Both the position numbers and the translations under genes were made by a program. The notes beneath the pieces are model-generated. The model did not search any database and was not told the DNA's origin. It worked only from the letters and a program-made list of their open reading frames with translations. A stretch of DNA of 64,000 nt from Macrostomum lignano (Eukaryota), in NCBI GenBank assembly GCA_002269645.1, contig NIVC01003740.1, positions 1 through 64,000 on the forward strand, read 5' to 3'. This document shows, piece after piece, positions 59,801 through 64,000 of the stretch. Every line of letters begins with the position of its first letter. Within the stretch, counting starts at the first letter, position 1.

Positions 59801-62405
59801 TTGACCAATTTTTGTAGCCTCTATAGTATTGAGCTTATAGTATTATATTAACTTATTCTAGTTGTTTTCAAAAGTGACACTCACACTGTATAGCTTGATT
59901 TATAATTTGTTTGACCAATAATATTTTCAAACAAAAATATTGATAGAGCCAAATGCTCCTACCATTATATTAAAGTACCTAAAAATAAGTAATAAATATA
60001 ATATGCTCGTAAAGATTTTTAGCTATCCTCTCCACAAAAATTTTACCTAAAACAATCAATACAAATTTTAGAGACTTTCTGCCTCGTGGTTCCGGCATTG
60101 TCACCAGGCGCCCGCTGATACTCCAGTTGTTGTACAATCCATCGGGTAGGAAGGCCTTTTTGACACAATAATTCAATAGTTAGTTACTGCTACTGTTCCT
60201 TGACCTCTTACTGTTAGCAATCTAAGAGTTGCCCACATATTCCAAACCTCCCCTGACCCCATTGCCCTATTCAAGACCTTCCCTGACCCCACCACCATCT
60301 TCAAGACATTCCCTGACCCCACCACCATCTTCAAGACATTCCCTGACCCCACCACCATCTTCAAGACATTCCCTGACTCCACCACCATCTTCAAGACCTT
60401 CCCTGACTCCACCACCATCTTCAAGACCTTCACTGGCTCCACCACCATCTTCAAGACCTTCCCTGACTCCACCACCATCTTCAAGACCTTCACTGACCCC
60501 ACCACCATCTTCAAGACCTTCACTGACCCCACTGCCATCTCGAACACCCGCCCTGACCCCACTGCCATCTCCAACACCCGCCCTGACCCCACTGCCGTCT
60601 CCAACACCCGCCCTGACCCCACTGCCGTCTCCAACACCCGCCCTGACCCCACTGCCGTCTCCAACACCCGCCCTGACCCCACTGCCATCTCCAACACCCG
60701 CCCTGACCCCACTGCCATCTCCAACACCCGCCCTGACCCCACTGCCATCTCCAACACCCGCCCTGACCCCACTGCCATCTCCAACACCCGCCCTGACCCC
60801 ACTGCCATCTCCAACACCCGCCCTGACCCCACTGCCATCTCCAACACCCGCCCTGACCCCACTGCCATCTCCAACACCCGCCCTGACCCCACTGCCATCT
60901 CCAACACCCGCCCTGACCCCACTGCCATCTCCAACACCCGCCCTGACCCCCCAACACCCGCCCTGACCCCACTGCCATCTCCAACACCCGCCCTGACTCC
61001 GCTGCGTTGGCAGCCGAGTACGCCGAGTTCGGGCACCAGCGCGGCCGGAAGTACACCAACTTCGAGGAGGTCCGCCAGGAGATCGAAGCGGAGACGGACC
61101 GGCTCACGGGCCGCAACAAGGGCATCTCCAATGTGCCAATCATGCTGCGCGTGTTCAGCCCGCACGTGCTCAATTTGACCTTAGTTGACCTGCCCGGCAT
61201 GACCAAAGTGGCTGTTGGCGACCAGCCGCCCGATATCGAGGTGCAAATCCGCAACATGCTTCTGGAGTTCATCACCAAGGAGAACTGCCTGATTCTGGCC
61301 GTCAGCCCGGCCAACTCGGACCTAGCCAACTCCGATGCGCTCAAACTTGCCAAAGAGGTTGCCGATTGTTTTTGCGTGCAAATATCGGCGCCATATTCAT
61401 TTTGCAGGTGCGGAGTTATATTAATCTGCTACTGTTCGCTCCCGCCAGGTGGACCCCGCCGGCACCCGCACCATCGGCGTCATCACCAAGCTGGACCTCA
61501 TGGACCAGGGCACCGACGCCAGGGAGGTTCTGGAGAACAAGCTGCTGCCGCTTCGCCGCGGCTACATCGGCGTGGTCAACCGATCCCAGAAGGACATCGA
61601 AGGTGAGACTGCTCACTGCTCAGACTCTACTCCACTGACTGCTCAGACTCTACTCCACTGACTGCTCAGACTCTACTCCACTGACTGCTCAGACTCTACT
61701 CCACTGACTGCTCAGACTCTACTCCACTGACTGCTCAGACTCTAATTCACCCTATAATGCCCATAGACCTCATCTACACAGCTCCCTGCTCCCCTCTGAA
61801 ACGTCACCCCAGGCCGCAAAGACATCAAGGCAGCCATGGCGGCGGAGCGGAAGTTCTTCCTGTCGCACCCGTCCTACAGGCACATGGCGGAGCGCATGGG
61901 CACCCCGTACCTGCAGCGCTGCCTTAACCAGCAGCTCACCAACCACATCCGGGAGACGCTGCCCTCCCTGCGCAGCGAGCTGCAGACCAAACTGCTAGCC
62001 ATGGAGAAGGACTACCAGGCCTACGCCAATTTTAGTCCCGACGATCCCAGCATCAAGACCAAGGCGATGATGACGTAAGCCGCCGTTTGCCAGCTGTCTG
62101 GGGTTTTTCCGCTGGGCTGCCCGCGATCATCTTTCATCCATTCCTATAGGAGGTTGTGGGGGGTTTCCATCGAGCTGATGCACTCATTCCAAGGGGGGTT
62201 AAATGTGGGGGGTTTCCATTGAGGAAATGCTTAGGCGATCGCATGAAGCAAGCCAAAGTGGCCATCTTGCAGGATGATCAACCAGTTCACTGACGAGTTC
62301 ACCCAGTCCATCGAAGGCTCCGGCGAAGTCAGCACCAAGGAGCTGTCCGGCGGAGCCAGAATCAATCGCATCTTTCACGAGAGATTCATGTACATGCTGC
62401 ATCAG
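53829..62405 (+). CDS. DNM: Dynamin (classical, shibire-like), N-terminal GTPase and start of middle domain; continues beyond the window
   Basis: join(53829-54007,60072-60145,61014-61357,61449-61602,61813-62074,62273-62405,...); phases consistent. G1 [23 protein letters not shown]3 DLPG, G4 [20 protein letters not shown]. Confidence 0.96.
56830..56925 (+). mobile_element. Helitron/HINE-like 3' terminal block in dynamin intron 1
   Basis: AAGTTTAAAGAAAATTGGTTGAG...(CTAC)n..ACAGACC-ATTTTTAGTATAT. Confidence 0.35.
57116..57401. mobile_element. MITE (286 bp), hAT or P superfamily
   Basis: Perfect 14-bp TIR CATACATGCGCAAC/GTTGCGCATGTATG; 8-bp TSD TCAACTGT at 57108-57115 and 57402-57409. Confidence 0.9.
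59281..59667. mobile_element. hAT (Charlie-like) MITE (387 bp) with internal GA-rich tract
   Basis: Imperfect TIR CAGGGGTTTGCAAACTT / AAGTTTGCCCATCCCTG; 8-bp TSD CTCTAGGG at 59273-59280 and 59668-59675. Confidence 0.85.
60250..61000. repeat. Intronic minisatellite, 30-bp unit CCCTGACCCCACTGCCATCTCCAACACCCG
   Basis: Tandem copies in dynamin intron 2, ending just before the acceptor. Confidence 0.95.
61606..61745. repeat. Intronic 23-bp tandem repeat CTGACTGCTCAGACTCTACTCCA
   Basis: Starts within a few bases of the donor of dynamin intron 4. Confidence 0.9.
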
Positions 62406-62519
62406 GTAAGATAATTAGCAGTGCGTGCATACTGAGCTGTCACCTTGTCAAGTGCTTTATTCAATTTTATAACTTGAGCCCGTCTTAAGCTGAGCCTAAG
62501 CTGTCCGATATTTAATTTA

Positions 62520-62972
62520 CCAGTGCTAGAGTACAAAGATTTTATCGCTACATATCGGATTCTTCCAGTGCTAGAGTACAAAGATTTTATCGCTACATAT
62601 CGGATTCTTCCAGTGCTGGAGTACAAAGATTTTATCGCTACATATCGGATTCTTCCAGTGCTGGAGTACAAAGATTTTATCGCTACATATCGGATTCTTC
62701 CAGTGCTAGAGTACAAAGATTTTATCGCTACATATCGGATTCTTCCAGTGCTGGAGTACAAAGATTTTATCGCTACATATCGGATTCTTCCAGTGCTGGA
62801 GTACAAAGATTTTATCGCTACATGTCGGATTCTTCCAGTGCTGGAGTACAAAGATTTTATCGCTACATGTCGGATTCTTCCAGTGCTGGAGTACAAAGAT
62901 TTTATCGCTACATGTCGGATTCTTCCAGTGCTGGAGTACAAAGATTTTATCGCTACATATCGGATTCTTCCT
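62520..62972. repeat. Intronic minisatellite, 45-bp unit CCAGTGCTGGAGTACAAAGATTTTATCGCTACATATCGGATTCTT
   Basis: Tandem copies in dynamin intron 6. Confidence 0.95.
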
Positions 62973-63055
62973 AAAATGTGTTTAGTAAACTGACAAAGTA
63001 AATATTTTTATAGCCAGAATAGTATAAGAAGAATTTATTAGAGATTTTATCAAAG

Positions 63056-63530
63056 GGCACTGGGCCAGAATAGAAGCAGAGGTCACTGAGCCAGAATAGA
63101 AGCAGAGGGCACTGAGCCAGAATAGAAGCAGAGGGCACTGAGCCAGAATAGAAGCAGAGGGCACTGAGCCAGAATAGAAGCAGAGGACACCGAGCCAGAA
63201 TAGAAGCAGAGGGCACTGAGCCAGAATAGAAGCAGAGGGCACTGAGCCAGAATAGAAGCAGAGGGCACTGAGCCAGAATAGAAGCAGAGGGCACTGAGCC
63301 AGAATAGAAGCAGAGGGCACTGAGCCAGAATAGAAGCAGAGGGCACTGAGCCAGAATAGAAGCAGAGGGCACTGAGCCAGAATAGAAGCAGAGGGCACTG
63401 AGCCAGAATAGAAGCAGAGGGCACTGAGCCAGAATAGAAGCAGAGGGCACTGAGCCAGAATAGAAGCAGAGGACACTGAGCCAGAATAGAAGCAGAGGGC
63501 ACTGAGCCAGAATAGAAGCAGACGGCACTG
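63056..63530. repeat. Intronic minisatellite, 26-bp unit GCACTGAGCCAGAATAGAAGCAGAGG
   Basis: Tandem copies in dynamin intron 6. Confidence 0.95.
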
Positions 63531-64000
63531 AACACTTAACCGCTGCGGGAAAGCTCACAAATAAGTAATTTAATCCGCACAGCATGCCACTAACTCATTC
63601 TATTGTCACTTTAAAGCGTTTCGAAACTCATTTCTAGGCATCCCTGTTTGTAGGACTTCATGCTAAGCAGAGAGTGCGTTTTTATACAGTGCACTGATCC
63701 AAAAGAACTCTGCTTTTAATGCTTTGCATTGCCACCCATTCCAATGTAGCGTGTAAACAAATATTTCTAATACAGAAACTAACAGATTGTGTTTCAATTG
63801 TTCTTGAATTTTAATCATTAGCCGTATCTAACTGCCCGTAGTTCACTGCAATTTACGGTGCGGCACTATTGGATAAAAAATGTAGCAGTGCTGTTGGATT
63901 GCTTATCCCCTGCTCTTTTCCTAGCTTTGTTCTGACACCATCTCAGCCACATAGGGTGATGTACAGCATCGAGACATTGCCTGGGTAGTCAGACAATTGG

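Noticed and set aside
60173-61353. Minus-strand ORFs antisense to dynamin
   Set aside because: Shadow ORFs of a GC-rich exon plus the 30-bp array

Overview
Eukaryotic (animal) genomic DNA with spliced genes; no prokaryotic operons or CRISPR. The GC-rich, Ala/Pro/Gln-rich exons and minisatellite-filled introns resemble a free-living flatworm such as Macrostomum (inference only). Seven protein-coding loci could be reconstructed by hand: a DLGAP/SAPAP (GKAP-domain) gene (-, 4522-12977, with three apparent 1-nt deletions); AP-3 mu subunit (+, 14955-20760); a Lin-29/Rotund/ZNF362-type C2H2 factor (+, 25839-28399); glycine-cleavage T protein AMT (+, 29542-33479); NME7 (-, 34189-38035); an apparently intronless membrane-anchored FkbM-family methyltransferase (+, 46570-47759, one frameshift); and the 5' part of dynamin (+, 53829 to beyond the window). 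Mobile DNA includes three MITEs with clear 8-bp TSDs, a 1.67-kb foldback element, a decayed THAP/P-type transposase, a tRNA-derived SINE-like head and Helitron-like ends. The most striking pattern is that 17 of 28 visible introns contain their own private minisatellite. Several repeat units are copies of the adjacent exon end, splice donor or splice acceptor, giving tandem arrays of splice-signal-like sequence. All exon models were made by eye and need RNA confirmation.
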